Shown in pieces: positions 13,630-22,477 of a stretch of DNA of 50,017 nt. The DNA is taken from assembly GCA_045643385.1 (NCBI GenBank), contig JAZUKR010000170.1, positions 1-50,017 on the forward strand, in the 5' to 3' direction. The position numbers and the translations under genes are program-made. The stretch comes from Christensenellaceae bacterium. Lineage in GTDB: Bacteria; Bacillota; Clostridia; Christensenellales; Borkfalkiaceae. Numbering within the stretch: the first letter of the stretch is position 1; each line of letters opens with the position of its first letter. The notes below the pieces were generated by a model. It did not search any database. It saw only the letters and a list, made by a program, of their open reading frames with translations, and was not told where the DNA came from.

Positions 13630-14388
13630 CTATACCCAACTATCCATTTCATTTAAACGGCTTGCCGACTTCTTGGTACAAGTCTGGTTCAAATACTTTT
13701 CAAACTTACTCGGTGCAAACAATGTATCTGGTGTTAAATACTGTTCATATTCAGTACCAATCCAATCGTCACATTTCTTATCAATAACCGTTTTGAAATC
13801 ATCAACCGTAAAACCTTCTTCAAGTCTTGCACGAATCTTACTGTTATAATTCTTATTCTTATATGTATATTTCTTATTTAACTTAATATTTAAGTAATCT
13901 ATTATTTCTTCTAAAGAAGAAGAAAAAGAATTAGAATTAGAAGAAGATATAGAATAAGACGGTTGCGTTACAGTAACGTTACTTGTAACGTTACATTCCA
14001 AACGTTTTCTTTCACGGTGTTTAGCAACTCTTTCCCTTGTCTGTTCTCTTATCTTCTCAAGACCTTCTTTGTTCTGATATTCATACCAATTCGATATAAC
14101 AAAATATTCTTCTTCGGTATGTATCATTCCAAATCTTTCAAGGGCGGTTAATGCAAGTTTTACCGTTCCTATTTCAAACTTTAAATCGTCTGCCAATGCT
14201 TCAACTGTATACGGTATGTTTTCTGAAATAATAATCATTCCACCTGCATTACATTTTCCGGCTAGAGTAAGCAACATAACCCAAATCAAAACTATGTTGT
14301 TTCCGTCTGGTAATCTTCGCAATTCCTTGATTTTATTGTTATCAAACATATCCGTTGTAAGTTTTATCCATTCAACATCATTCGCCAT
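13630..14388 (-). CDS. Phage replisome organiser / DnaD-domain replication protein, 252 aa
   Basis: N-terminus WIKLTTDMFDNNKIKELRRLPDGNNIVLIWVMLLTLAGKCN (replisome-organiser N-domain pattern). C-terminus IIDYLN.K..K.Y......NSKIRARL.EGFTVDDFK.VID.K (DnaD/phage C-terminal pattern). Confidence 0.7.
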   Translation of the reverse strand: MANDVEWIKLTTDMFDNNKIKELRRLPDGNNIVLIWVMLLTLAGKCNAGGMIIISENIPYTVEALADDLKFEIGTVKLALTALERFGMIHTEEEYFVISNWYEYQNKEGLEKIREQTRERVAKHRERKRLECNVTSNVTVTQPSYSISSSNSNSFSSSLEEIIDYLNIKLNKKYTYKNKNYNSKIRARLEEGFTVDDFKTVIDKKCDDWIGTEYEQYLTPDTLFAPSKFEKYLNQTCTKKSASRLNEMDSWV

Positions 14389-14557
14389 ATTCTTTGTACC
14401 GCCTTACAACTTCCTTGCCTGTTGTGGTGTAATAAATAAAAGTTTCTTCAATACCCACATCAATTTTGTCTATAACAATATGCTCTGCGGAATAATTATC
14501 TAAAATAATTTTCTTTACCGTATCCGCTATCTTGCTTGCGTATTCGCTTATGTTCAT
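14378..14557 (-). CDS. Small protein, 59 aa (below the ORF-track cutoff)
   Basis: GGAAGGA SD. The stop overlaps the replisome-organiser start codon region. Confidence 0.45.
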   Translation of the reverse strand: MNISEYASKIADTVKKIILDNYSAEHIVIDKIDVGIEETFIYYTTTGKEVVRRYKEYGE

Positions 14558-14736
14558 TTCAACCTATCCTTCCTTTCCTTGTAGTTAATACAGACCGTGT
14601 TTCTCGGTTTGCCTTTGCAACCGTCACATAAATGTTCACAACCGATACATTCACGGTCTTTAATTAATACTTCTTCTTGCTTTTGTTGTGGTCTTTCAGT
14701 ACGAATTTTAGGAACATCAAAATTATTTGCTTTCAC
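14554..14736 (-). CDS. Cys-rich protein, 60 aa
   Basis: CIGCEHLCDGC cluster; GTG start. Confidence 0.5.
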   Translation of the reverse strand: MKANNFDVPKIRTERPQQKQEEVLIKDRECIGCEHLCDGCKGKPRNTVCINYKERKDRLK

Positions 14737-14890
14737 GGTTCAACCTTGCCTTTTCTTTCATTGCCTGCAACAATTTTGCCTGCGCATCGTTTGAAACTTC
14801 AATAAATGACTTAAATGCCACGTTATGACCGCACATTAAGCCGGCTAAAAAACCTAAAAGCAATCCAAATAAAATACATATCGTATACAT
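14723..14890 (-). CDS. Single-TM membrane peptide, 55 aa (below the ORF-track cutoff)
   Basis: The ATG lies immediately after the upstream TAA. N-terminal TM segment YTICILFGLLLGFLAGLM. Confidence 0.45.
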   Translation of the reverse strand: MYTICILFGLLLGFLAGLMCGHNVAFKSFIEVSNDAQAKLLQAMKEKARLNRESK

Positions 14891-15052
14891 TTACTTGCCC
14901 CTTCTTTCACAACAGTTCAAAGTGCATTTGCGGTTTTTAATATCGTAATAGGCACATAATGCAACTTTTGTTTTTCCGCTTAACCCATTTGAATAATATG
15001 TGGGTTCAAAGCACCTTTTTGTTTTTTCTTTGTGGTATTCTTTTTCTCTCAT
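14891..15052 (-). CDS. Cys-rich basic protein, 53 aa (below the ORF-track cutoff)
   Basis: ATGA overlap with the nuclease gene's stop. Five or more Cys, including CC. Confidence 0.45.
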   Translation of the reverse strand: MREKEYHKEKTKRCFEPTYYSNGLSGKTKVALCAYYDIKNRKCTLNCCERRGK

Positions 15053-15651
15053 TGTGGTTGATTTTCCTTTGTAAGTATTTCAATTACCTTCGCGCCGGCT
15101 TCGTCTGGTCTACAAAACTCAAACTTGACACCGTACTTTAATTCCATTGACAAACACGCTTTTGCAAGTATCTGCCCTGTTGTGGGCGGTGCTTTGGGTA
15201 ATTTTGTGTCTAAATATTTGCCGATACTGTGCATATATTTAATCTTGTTGTAATAAGCGGTTCTTGGGTTATGCCAACGGAACAAATCTCTTGTTTCCTT
15301 AACCTTGTCATAGTTTTCAACAAGGATTGTAAGTTGAATGCCGTTGTTCTGTGCCAAAATACATTCATCGCGGAATCTTTCGTGTTGCTTACCGCAAATA
15401 TCGCCAACCAATTCTTGAATGTCTTTCTTGGTGTCCACAACTCTTGTATATGTACCTAAAAAATCCATTTTCTTGGTTTCAACACCACGTTTTGCTTTTC
15501 TGTCTATAACATCAAGAACCTTTTCGTTAGCCAAAACATAATCGCCAACAGGCAAGGGGTGAAAAAGGACTTCGACACCATTTTCAGACCAATAATTTTC
15601 TTTCATAATATGGTGTCCTGTTTTTTGTGCTTTATCCGAAACAATCTTCAT
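15049..15651 (-). CDS. ERCC4/PD-(D/E)xK-type nuclease, 200 aa (putative)
   Basis: PVGDYVL ... VVDTKKDIQELVGDI layout (GDY plus D-x-K) as in ERCC4-domain nucleases. Confidence 0.5.
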   Translation of the reverse strand: MKIVSDKAQKTGHHIMKENYWSENGVEVLFHPLPVGDYVLANEKVLDVIDRKAKRGVETKKMDFLGTYTRVVDTKKDIQELVGDICGKQHERFRDECILAQNNGIQLTILVENYDKVKETRDLFRWHNPRTAYYNKIKYMHSIGKYLDTKLPKAPPTTGQILAKACLSMELKYGVKFEFCRPDEAGAKVIEILTKENQPQ

Positions 15652-15661
15652 TCAACACCGC

Positions 15662-16135
15662 CTATATTCTTGCAAACGGCAGATCATCGTCAGATACGTT
15701 TACAAATCCCATACTAGGTGCAGATTCAACACTTGCAGGCTTTGCAGAAGTATTAGCCATAACAGGTAATTCGTCCTTTAATGAAGGTGTAGGCATATCA
15801 GAAGATGTGTTGTTGTTCTGTGCGCCCTTGCTTTCCGCAAACTCAAGGTTATTTACAATAAACTGATTGTCATAAACGGTCTTGCCGTCCTTTTCGTAGT
15901 TGTTGTTCTGAATAACGGCTTGAGCAACGATTTTTGTTCCTTTGCGCAGATACTTTTCTGCAAACTCTGCGGTCTTTCCAAAAGCGGTTAGATTAAAAAA
16001 GTCTGCCGTAGGTTGACCTTCTTTCTTAAACTGTCTGTCAACGGCTACGTTAAATCTTGCAATAGCCATTCCATTACCACCGTATCTAACTTCGGGGTCT
16101 TTTGTTAATCGACCCATTAATATCCAATTGTTCAT
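15662..16135 (-). CDS. ssb: Single-stranded DNA-binding protein
   Basis: N-terminal OB-fold pattern MNNWILMGRLTKDPEVRY....G.A.ARF.VAV.R. Acidic tail DDDLPF, here followed by ARI. Confidence 0.9.
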   Translation of the reverse strand: MNNWILMGRLTKDPEVRYGGNGMAIARFNVAVDRQFKKEGQPTADFFNLTAFGKTAEFAEKYLRKGTKIVAQAVIQNNNYEKDGKTVYDNQFIVNNLEFAESKGAQNNNTSSDMPTPSLKDELPVMANTSAKPASVESAPSMGFVNVSDDDLPFARI

Positions 16136-16140
16136 AATTT

Positions 16141-16413
16141 TTAATTCCTTTCGTTAATCAAAGTGATATTTTCTACATATAATTTGGTGTCCATTATCGG
16201 CATCTTTATTACGTCCTTATGCCTTAACAAATCCTTGTTGTTGTCGAACCACGCTCTAAAGCACAATCTTCGCTTTTTGGCTTCGTAATTGCTCTTATAC
16301 GTGATTGCCATAGTCTGATGTTTTCTGTCTATCACAAACTCTTTAAATGCTTGTAAATCTTCAAGTTCTTGCTTTTGAAACTCCGGTCTAACTACGTCAT
16401 ATTCAATTCTCAT
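16141..16413 (-). CDS. Hypothetical protein, 90 aa
   Basis: ATGA overlap with the MBL gene's stop; start taken at 16413. Confidence 0.55.
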   Translation of the reverse strand: MRIEYDVVRPEFQKQELEDLQAFKEFVIDRKHQTMAITYKSNYEAKKRRLCFRAWFDNNKDLLRHKDVIKMPIMDTKLYVENITLINERN

Positions 16414-17084
16414 AACTGATATTCCTTTCCTGCCCTTGCGCAATCCACGAAAACACCGTTAGGAACGATTTCTTCTATCTCGTTAATAATTTCTATGGGT
16501 TCACAACTACCCAAGCCTAAATGAACGCATATGACGTTCTTAATGGCATCTGTGGTATTGATTTCTACAAATTCTTTGCAGGTTTTCAACGAACAATGGT
16601 CTGCGATTTTATGTTTGTAGTTAGGTGCATTCATATCAACGTATTTATGTTGATAATTGACTTCGACAATAAAGTGATTAACCCTACAAGCCTTGAAACT
16701 GTACTGACAATAACTAAAGTCCGTTATGTATAAAGTCGTTTCGCCGTTCTTATGCCTTATTAGCAATCCGTAGTTCGGTGTTTCACCGTGGGGAACTTTG
16801 AACGCTTGTAGGAAGTAACCGCCCATTGTTCGGTTTTCTCTTATTGGTTCTTTTTTGTAGGGTGTCAACATTGGAATGCCAAGAATATCAAATTCCTTTT
16901 CAAAACCTGCGTGATCCGCGTGTGTATGACTTACAAAACAACCAACCACGTTAGATAAATTAAAATTAAGTGCTTTTTTGACTTCTTTTGCGGACACCCC
17001 ACAATCAAGAATTAAGATTTCGCCTTGTGTTTCAAGCAGATAACAGTTACCAGAACTACCGGTGCTTAAAACCTTTAAATTCAT
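16410..17084 (-). CDS. Metallo-beta-lactamase-fold hydrolase, 224 aa
   Basis: HTHADHAG (HxHxDH) motif. N-terminus LSTGSSGNCYLLE. Confidence 0.8.
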   Translation of the reverse strand: MNLKVLSTGSSGNCYLLETQGEILILDCGVSAKEVKKALNFNLSNVVGCFVSHTHADHAGFEKEFDILGIPMLTPYKKEPIRENRTMGGYFLQAFKVPHGETPNYGLLIRHKNGETTLYITDFSYCQYSFKACRVNHFIVEVNYQHKYVDMNAPNYKHKIADHCSLKTCKEFVEINTTDAIKNVICVHLGLGSCEPIEIINEIEEIVPNGVFVDCARAGKEYQL

Positions 17085-18100
17085 TACTCACCTACCACTT
17101 CTGCCGTAACATCAATAACGTTAGGGTCGGCATCGACAAATGGTTCTGTGTTTGCATTGTCCGCAATTTCTTCCTGCGCATTCTGATAGGTTTCGTCCAT
17201 TTCCATAAAGGATTGCTTTGCCATATTGTCGAAATTCTTGGGAAACTTACGAACCGCATTGTTCTGCATCTTACGGATAACCATTGATTCAAAAGTGTCT
17301 AACCAAGCACCGCTTATATAAGGTCTTGCAATTTCGCAAGCAATCATATCGTCAACTGTTTCGCAAGCACGAAGTGCGTTGTAAATAATTTCTTTCTTTT
17401 CATCAATGAGTTTCTTGTCTGTATCAGAAGCATCGTAACGTGTCTGCGGTTTGCCTTTTGCGTTTTTCTTTCCCACAAGGACATCAAATGTTTCGTTCAT
17501 AAGATTGTTTCTGACGTGAGCGAAAAGGTTTGTTTTCACCGATTCTCTTTCGCTAATAAGGTAGGTAATCGTGCCGTCCTTTAACTTGATAGGAAGAACC
17601 ACCCTTGCGGTTTTCTGTGAAAGACCTTTCTGTTCCCATTCGGGATCTGTAAGTGTTAAGCCTTTGCGTTTGGGATAAACAAATTCGTCACCTTCCTTGA
17701 CAATCCACCAATCGTAAACGGTGTCTACATTTACACCAAAATTACGAAGTAAACTTTCCTGCCCTGCACCTTCAATACCCATTTCAACGGTCTGTACGTA
17801 ATTGTCACCGACCTTTTTCTTTCTTAACTGAAAGTAGCATTCTCTAGGGAATCCATTAGCATTCAACTTAAGGCTTGCGCATTGTCCAACGATTTCACGA
17901 AGGTTACTTGCATCAATATCGTTCATCGCAACACCGCTACTCTTAACTAACTGATAAATACTTGACATAGAGTTCATAGCGCATTCCTTTGCGTAACTGT
18001 CAAAAGTTACACCGTTCTGACCGAAATCGCTTACAACCATATCTGTTACTGAATTAGTCCACGCACTTAATGCGGTTGTCATTTTCTGTTCGTCTGCCAT
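17084..18100 (-). CDS. RecT-like single-strand annealing protein, 338 aa (putative)
   Basis: Sits between the SbcC-like ATPase and the MBL hydrolase and has an acidic C-terminal tail. The assignment rests on context and size, not on a specific motif. Confidence 0.45.
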   Translation of the reverse strand: MADEQKMTTALSAWTNSVTDMVVSDFGQNGVTFDSYAKECAMNSMSSIYQLVKSSGVAMNDIDASNLREIVGQCASLKLNANGFPRECYFQLRKKKVGDNYVQTVEMGIEGAGQESLLRNFGVNVDTVYDWWIVKEGDEFVYPKRKGLTLTDPEWEQKGLSQKTARVVLPIKLKDGTITYLISERESVKTNLFAHVRNNLMNETFDVLVGKKNAKGKPQTRYDASDTDKKLIDEKKEIIYNALRACETVDDMIACEIARPYISGAWLDTFESMVIRKMQNNAVRKFPKNFDNMAKQSFMEMDETYQNAQEEIADNANTEPFVDADPNVIDVTAEVVGE

Positions 18101-18113
18101 TTTTAATTCCTTT

Positions 18114-20003
18114 CTATTCTTCAACTACTAAAAGTTCTTTATTTGTAGGGTCAACGTATAAACTAACTATCTGACATTCCATTGAAGGGATTTCGGTGCA
18201 ACTTTCCCTATTGTCGATAAAGATAGGTGCAAGGCAATCAAAGGTATTTGAAAGTGTCTTGATAATGTCTAAACCGGCTTGAATCTTGCCTGCGCTATTA
18301 ACGCTTGCGTAAGGAACACCGTCTACACAACATTCGCAGGTTTCCGAAATACCGCCGTTGATCTGTGTTTCGAATAACTTGAATGTAACTTTGTCAAATT
18401 TACTGTTGACGCTTGCGGAAATTGCATCTAATTTCATTCGCACAAAGGTTTCAACAAGGTAAATTACCTTTTCGCAATCTGCAATTTTCTGCGCTACACT
18501 TCTCTGCTCTGTCTTAAGTTCGTCAATGCGTTCTTCAATAGCGGTATTGTTTGCAACCTTGGCAAGTTCCGATTCGATTTCCTTAAGTTCGATTTCTAAA
18601 GGTGTTGTATAATCATTCGCACCCTGTGCCGAAAGTTCTGCGATTTTTGAATTAAGTCCCGTTTCTTTGTGAACCATTTCGTTGTACTTAACGTCAGTAG
18701 ATAAAACTGCACGTTCCGGAAGTGTTTTAAGTGTCTTTTCAAGGACTTCAATGCGTTTTGCAATATCGTTCATATTGTCTTTGCTTGTCTGTAATTCCGC
18801 TTTTCTTAATTCAATTTCCGCATTTGCTTTGTCGATAATGTCCTTGAGTTCAAATCCTTTTCTCTTGATATTTTCAAGAATTTCCTTTTTCTTGGTTTCA
18901 AAATCACGCTTTAAGGTTTCGACCTTATCAGTAGGTAAATTTTGACCGCACATAGGACAAATGGTCTTGCTTTCATCAAAGGTTTTAGCCTTTTCGGTTG
19001 CATATTCAGTACCAAGTTCTGCGGATAATCTTGTGTTGTATTCAACCTTGTATTTGTAAGAAGCAATTTCGCTATCTGCCTTGCACCAAGCATTCTCCGC
19101 TTTGCGATAATCGTCTTTTGCATTAATCAAGCGCATTTCCGCTTCGTGGCGGTCATTCTTAACACTTTCGTTGGCAATACGTTCATAATTGGAAATTTCC
19201 ATTTTAAGATTGAATGCTTCTGACTTAAGGTTTTCTAACGCTTCTTTGCCAAGACCTGCCTTTGTTAACTGATCCTTGATTTCGTTCTTCTTAAGTTCAA
19301 GTTCCGCAACATCAATATCAACAATCTGTTTTGAAAGTTCATCAATACGCACCGGAATTTCCATCTGCGTTGCTTTGAGTTCCTTTAATGACTTGGCATA
19401 CTTTTTGTTAATATCTTCTGTGGAAGGTGCTTTCTGTAATTCGTCAAGCAGGTCTGCGAAACAACCAAATTCAACGGCTAAATCGTAATCAGACTTATCT
19501 GTTGCAAAGCGCATTAAAATATCTCTTTGTTCTTTCCACTTCAAATTAGGAAAATAGGTGGGATTTGTGAGCATTTTAAAAAGGTTCTCGTCAACGATTT
19601 CTGAAATGAATGCCTTGTATTCCTTATCGCTTTTTGGATAGCCGTCAATTTCAAACTTATTAATATTGCCTTGGAATACCGCCTGTTCTGATCCGCGTTG
19701 TTTAACCCAATTCTGTGATTGTGTTTTGCCCAATTCGACTTCCTTTCCGTCAATATCCAAAACGGCAGAAACGCTAATATCAATAAAATTGATAGGCTTT
19801 CCGTTTTCGTCTAACGGTCTTAAGTCAAACTTTTCTACGTACTGTGAGTTCTTACCGAACAACAACCATAAAAAAGCATCTACAATAGTTGTCTTACCGC
19901 TTGCATTCATACCGCGAATTGCGGTCTTGTTTGAAAAATTGATAGATTTGGCTTTGACGCCCTTGAAATTCTGAATGTTTAATTCTTTTAAAGTTATGCG
20001 CAT
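18114..20003 (-). CDS. Rad50/SbcC-like AAA ATPase with coiled coil and zinc hook, 629 aa
   Basis: Walker A GMNASGKTT. Long coiled coil with a central CPMCGQ hook. C-terminal FIDNRE Walker-B-like segment. Confidence 0.75.
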   Translation of the reverse strand: MRITLKELNIQNFKGVKAKSINFSNKTAIRGMNASGKTTIVDAFLWLLFGKNSQYVEKFDLRPLDENGKPINFIDISVSAVLDIDGKEVELGKTQSQNWVKQRGSEQAVFQGNINKFEIDGYPKSDKEYKAFISEIVDENLFKMLTNPTYFPNLKWKEQRDILMRFATDKSDYDLAVEFGCFADLLDELQKAPSTEDINKKYAKSLKELKATQMEIPVRIDELSKQIVDIDVAELELKKNEIKDQLTKAGLGKEALENLKSEAFNLKMEISNYERIANESVKNDRHEAEMRLINAKDDYRKAENAWCKADSEIASYKYKVEYNTRLSAELGTEYATEKAKTFDESKTICPMCGQNLPTDKVETLKRDFETKKKEILENIKRKGFELKDIIDKANAEIELRKAELQTSKDNMNDIAKRIEVLEKTLKTLPERAVLSTDVKYNEMVHKETGLNSKIAELSAQGANDYTTPLEIELKEIESELAKVANNTAIEERIDELKTEQRSVAQKIADCEKVIYLVETFVRMKLDAISASVNSKFDKVTFKLFETQINGGISETCECCVDGVPYASVNSAGKIQAGLDIIKTLSNTFDCLAPIFIDNRESCTEIPSMECQIVSLYVDPTNKELLVVEE

Positions 20004-20004
20004 A

Positions 20005-20394
20005 TTAGTTACCTTCCTTTTCTACGTAGTAAAGTTCGTAAAACTCGTCATACTTCAACTGATAGTTACCTGCGTAACCTTCAAATTTAGGAACGTCATT
20101 TTCTGCGCTAATTCTTGCATAGGTAGAATTTGAAGAATTTTTATTCTTTAAAAGAGTAATACCGTCAACATCTGTGGCTTTCTTAAAGAAAACTCTGCTC
20201 TTATAAGGTGCAACCAAAATGTATTCAGTATCGGTAATTAACTTTTCAATACCATTGCGGAATGTAAAGTTTACACATTTCTTTTTGGTAGTATTACTCT
20301 GATTTGCAACTGTGATTGATACGTCAATCTTTTTATCGCTATGTGAGTTAATAGCACGTCCTACCCAATTCAATCCAATTAATTCGTTTCCCAT
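20005..20394 (-). CDS. Hypothetical protein, 129 aa
   Basis: Tightly packed ORF; no motif recognised. Confidence 0.65.
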   Translation of the reverse strand: MGNELIGLNWVGRAINSHSDKKIDVSITVANQSNTTKKKCVNFTFRNGIEKLITDTEYILVAPYKSRVFFKKATDVDGITLLKNKNSSNSTYARISAENDVPKFEGYAGNYQLKYDEFYELYYVEKEGN

Positions 20395-20412
20395 AATGTT
20401 CTTCTTCCTTTC

Positions 20413-20745
20413 TTATGCCTTTAATATTTCTTTCCAACCTGCATTTGGTGCTTTATAAAGTGTTATTTCAGTTCCCACGAAATGAACCAATGCCGATTTA
20501 CCTTCTTTGTTTCTGACAATGTGAACACAAATCTTTCCATACAATTCTTCGTTTTCCATTTCGTCAAGCAGGCAACCAACAAAACCTTTGACTTCCCTTA
20601 CAAAATATTTGTCAGAAGGGTCTTTACTCTGTTTTTGTTTTGTAAACTTTTTTAATATCTTTAACACCCATTGTTTCAACTCGTTTCGCCCACCTTTCGT
20701 GAATGTTGCGTAATTCGCTTGCTCTATCAAGTACGTCTTTTGCAT
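20413..20745 (-). CDS. Hypothetical protein, up to 110 aa (start uncertain)
   Basis: The track ORF overlaps the SLT gene by 122 nt. The true start is probably internal, for example GTG near 20667. Confidence 0.5.
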   Translation of the reverse strand: MQKTYLIEQANYATFTKGGRNELKQWVLKILKKFTKQKQSKDPSDKYFVREVKGFVGCLLDEMENEELYGKICVHIVRNKEGKSALVHFVGTEITLYKAPNAGWKEILKA

Positions 20746-21157
20746 ACGGTGTTAACTGACCGTTTATGTAGTAGTCATATGCGTTTGTATAACCGGCATA
20801 AACACCAAGTGCGTAACCCATATCGCCGTATTCGTCATAAAGTTCTTTGATGTAATCTGTGCCGACCGTTATGTTGTCAAAAGGCTCAAATAAATCGGTA
20901 CACAAATTCTTTTTCATTCGCTCTGCGTGAAATGGTTCGTTTATCTGCATTAAGCCTTTACAATTTCCATTTACCGCATCTGCAATACCGGAACTTTCTC
21001 TTTCGACAATCGCCATTATGAGTTCTGGCTCAATGTCATATTCCGTACCTTCGGTTAAGCAATACTGATAGTATTCATCGCAAATGTAGGTTTCCCCTTC
21101 GTATGGTGATTTGCCAATTAATGACAAAAACCAAAAACTGTATAAAAGTAATTTCAT
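20624..21157 (-). CDS. Secreted lytic transglycosylase (SLT domain), 177 aa
   Basis: Signal-like N-terminus MKLLLYSFWFLSLIG. Catalytic region AIVERESSG...GLMQI. Confidence 0.75.
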   Translation of the reverse strand: MKLLLYSFWFLSLIGKSPYEGETYICDEYYQYCLTEGTEYDIEPELIMAIVERESSGIADAVNGNCKGLMQINEPFHAERMKKNLCTDLFEPFDNITVGTDYIKELYDEYGDMGYALGVYAGYTNAYDYYINGQLTPYAKDVLDRASELRNIHERWAKRVETMGVKDIKKVYKTKTE

Positions 21158-21184
21158 TCTTCCTTTGCCTTTCTGTTGTGGTTG

Positions 21185-21376
21185 TTATTCTTTTTGTTCC
21201 AAGCCTAAATACTTATCCAATTTGTGTTTGGAAATGATGTACCGATAACCTTTGCCTGTTGTGTTCGGTATTGCATATCCAATTGGTATTAGGTTGCGTT
21301 GTAGCATTACTCTTAAGCATTGTTTTGAAACACCTAATCGTTCTGCCGTTTCTTCAATTGTCAATGTGTCTTTCAT
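21185..21376 (-). CDS. Excisionase-family (MerR-like HTH_17) DNA-binding protein, 63 aa
   Basis: AAAGGGG SD 7 nt before the ATG at 21376. HTH segment LTIEETAERLGVSKQCLRVMLQRNLIP. Confidence 0.55.
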   Translation of the reverse strand: MKDTLTIEETAERLGVSKQCLRVMLQRNLIPIGYAIPNTTGKGYRYIISKHKLDKYLGLEQKE

Positions 21377-21407
21377 TTTGATGCCCCTTTGTTGCGTGTC
21401 ACGTACC

Positions 21408-21614
21408 TTAATCGGCAAAAAAAATAGCCTGCACTTCTTCCCAAGTTAATTTAAGTATTTCAATTAGATGCTTAATTTCGTCACAATTGAAATCTTTCTT
21501 GGCAATTCGTGTTGCCCATTTACGCTTTGTAAGACCCATTTCGGTGAAAACTTCCTGTATTGTCTTGTGCCGACTAACAATTATGGTGTCTTTAAGCAAC
21601 TCAACATTTACCAT
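21408..21614 (-). CDS. Cro-like HTH regulator, 68 aa
   Basis: First gene of the leftward early operon, divergent from the cI-like gene. HTH-like segment IQEVFTEMGLTKRKWATRIAK. Confidence 0.6.
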   Translation of the reverse strand: MVNVELLKDTIIVSRHKTIQEVFTEMGLTKRKWATRIAKKDFNCDEIKHLIEILKLTWEEVQAIFFAD

Positions 21615-21781
21615 TTTTCTTTTTCCTTTCTACAAGATATTGTGTTGAACGTTCAATGTCACGTATTACGTAACACTAAAGTATCACTATTAAAGGTACG
21701 TGTCAAGTACCTTTTTGCAAAAAAATGTTGTTTTATTTACGCCAAGTGTTACAATGATATATAAGAAAGGAAAAAACAAAA
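21615..21781. promoter_or_regulatory. Divergent cI/Cro switch region with operators and promoters
   Basis: Perfect 12-bp palindrome TTGAACGTTCAA (21644-21655). ACGT-core sites TGTCACGTA (21656) and TACGTGTCA (21696). Extended -10 TGTTACAAT preceded by TTGTTT, oriented for the cI-like gene. Confidence 0.6.
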
Positions 21782-22153
21782 ATGACAGTAGGCGAAAAAA
21801 TTAAAGAAATAAGAAAAGAAAAAGGAAAGACCCTTGAAGAAATAGGTAATGCTATCGGCGTTACAAGGCAGACTATTTCAAGATACGAAAGTGGGGAAAT
21901 TAATATTCCTTATGATAAGTTGAATTTGATTGCGAAAGCATTGAATTGTTCCGGTGCGGACTTCTTTAACTACGAATATGATACAGACCGTTACGATAAA
22001 GAAGTCGCATTAATGTTGAATAGTATTAAACGTGATCCTGCGTTAAGAAATTTCATTCATACGTATATGAATTTGCCCCAAGACAAACAGACCCTTGTTG
22101 AACAAATTGTTTATTCGTATGCAGGTAATCAGAATAGCAATCCGCAACAATAA
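21782..22153 (+). CDS. cI-like XRE-family HTH repressor, 123 aa, with no S24 peptidase domain
   Basis: IKEIRKEKGKTLEEIGNAIGVTRQTISRYESGE is a canonical XRE HTH. The 55-aa C-terminal part has no Ser/Lys protease motif. Confidence 0.8.
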   Translation: MTVGEKIKEIRKEKGKTLEEIGNAIGVTRQTISRYESGEINIPYDKLNLIAKALNCSGADFFNYEYDTDRYDKEVALMLNSIKRDPALRNFIHTYMNLPQDKQTLVEQIVYSYAGNQNSNPQQ

Positions 22154-22229
22154 TTTGAATGAAATCAAGAATTGATTCATCGTCAATTTCAAAGACCATA
22201 TTTATAATATCATTTTTGGTTTCGTTCAT
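22053..22229 (-). CDS. Possible 58-aa ORF convergent with, and overlapping, the cI-like gene's 3' end
   Basis: Strong GAAAGGGG SD 8 nt upstream of the ATG at 22229. Overlaps the cI-like gene by 101 nt antisense. Confidence 0.3.
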   Translation of the reverse strand: MNETKNDIINMVFEIDDESILDFIQIIVADCYSDYLHTNKQFVQQGSVCLGANSYTYE

Positions 22230-22326
22230 TGCATACACCCCTTTCGTGTATTAGAATAATAGAACAGATGTTCGAATGTGTCGATATTAAAAATGCACAA
22301 AGATAAAAAATAAAATTTAGTAATTT

Positions 22327-22356
22327 GGGCGGTTGTCATAATAGACTTGACCGCCC
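22327..22356. terminator. GC-rich hairpin between the cI-like gene and int
   Basis: GGGCGGT-N16-ACCGCCC. The flanking T-runs are weak. Confidence 0.35.
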
Positions 22357-22477
22357 CATTACCAAACCTTGAACACAATTCAACGATAATGTATGCGCCG
22401 TGAAATAGCGATATACAAGCGTTTTTAATTTTTGCACCAATTTTTATACCACAACAAAAAGCAGAAAGAAGGTCTAT

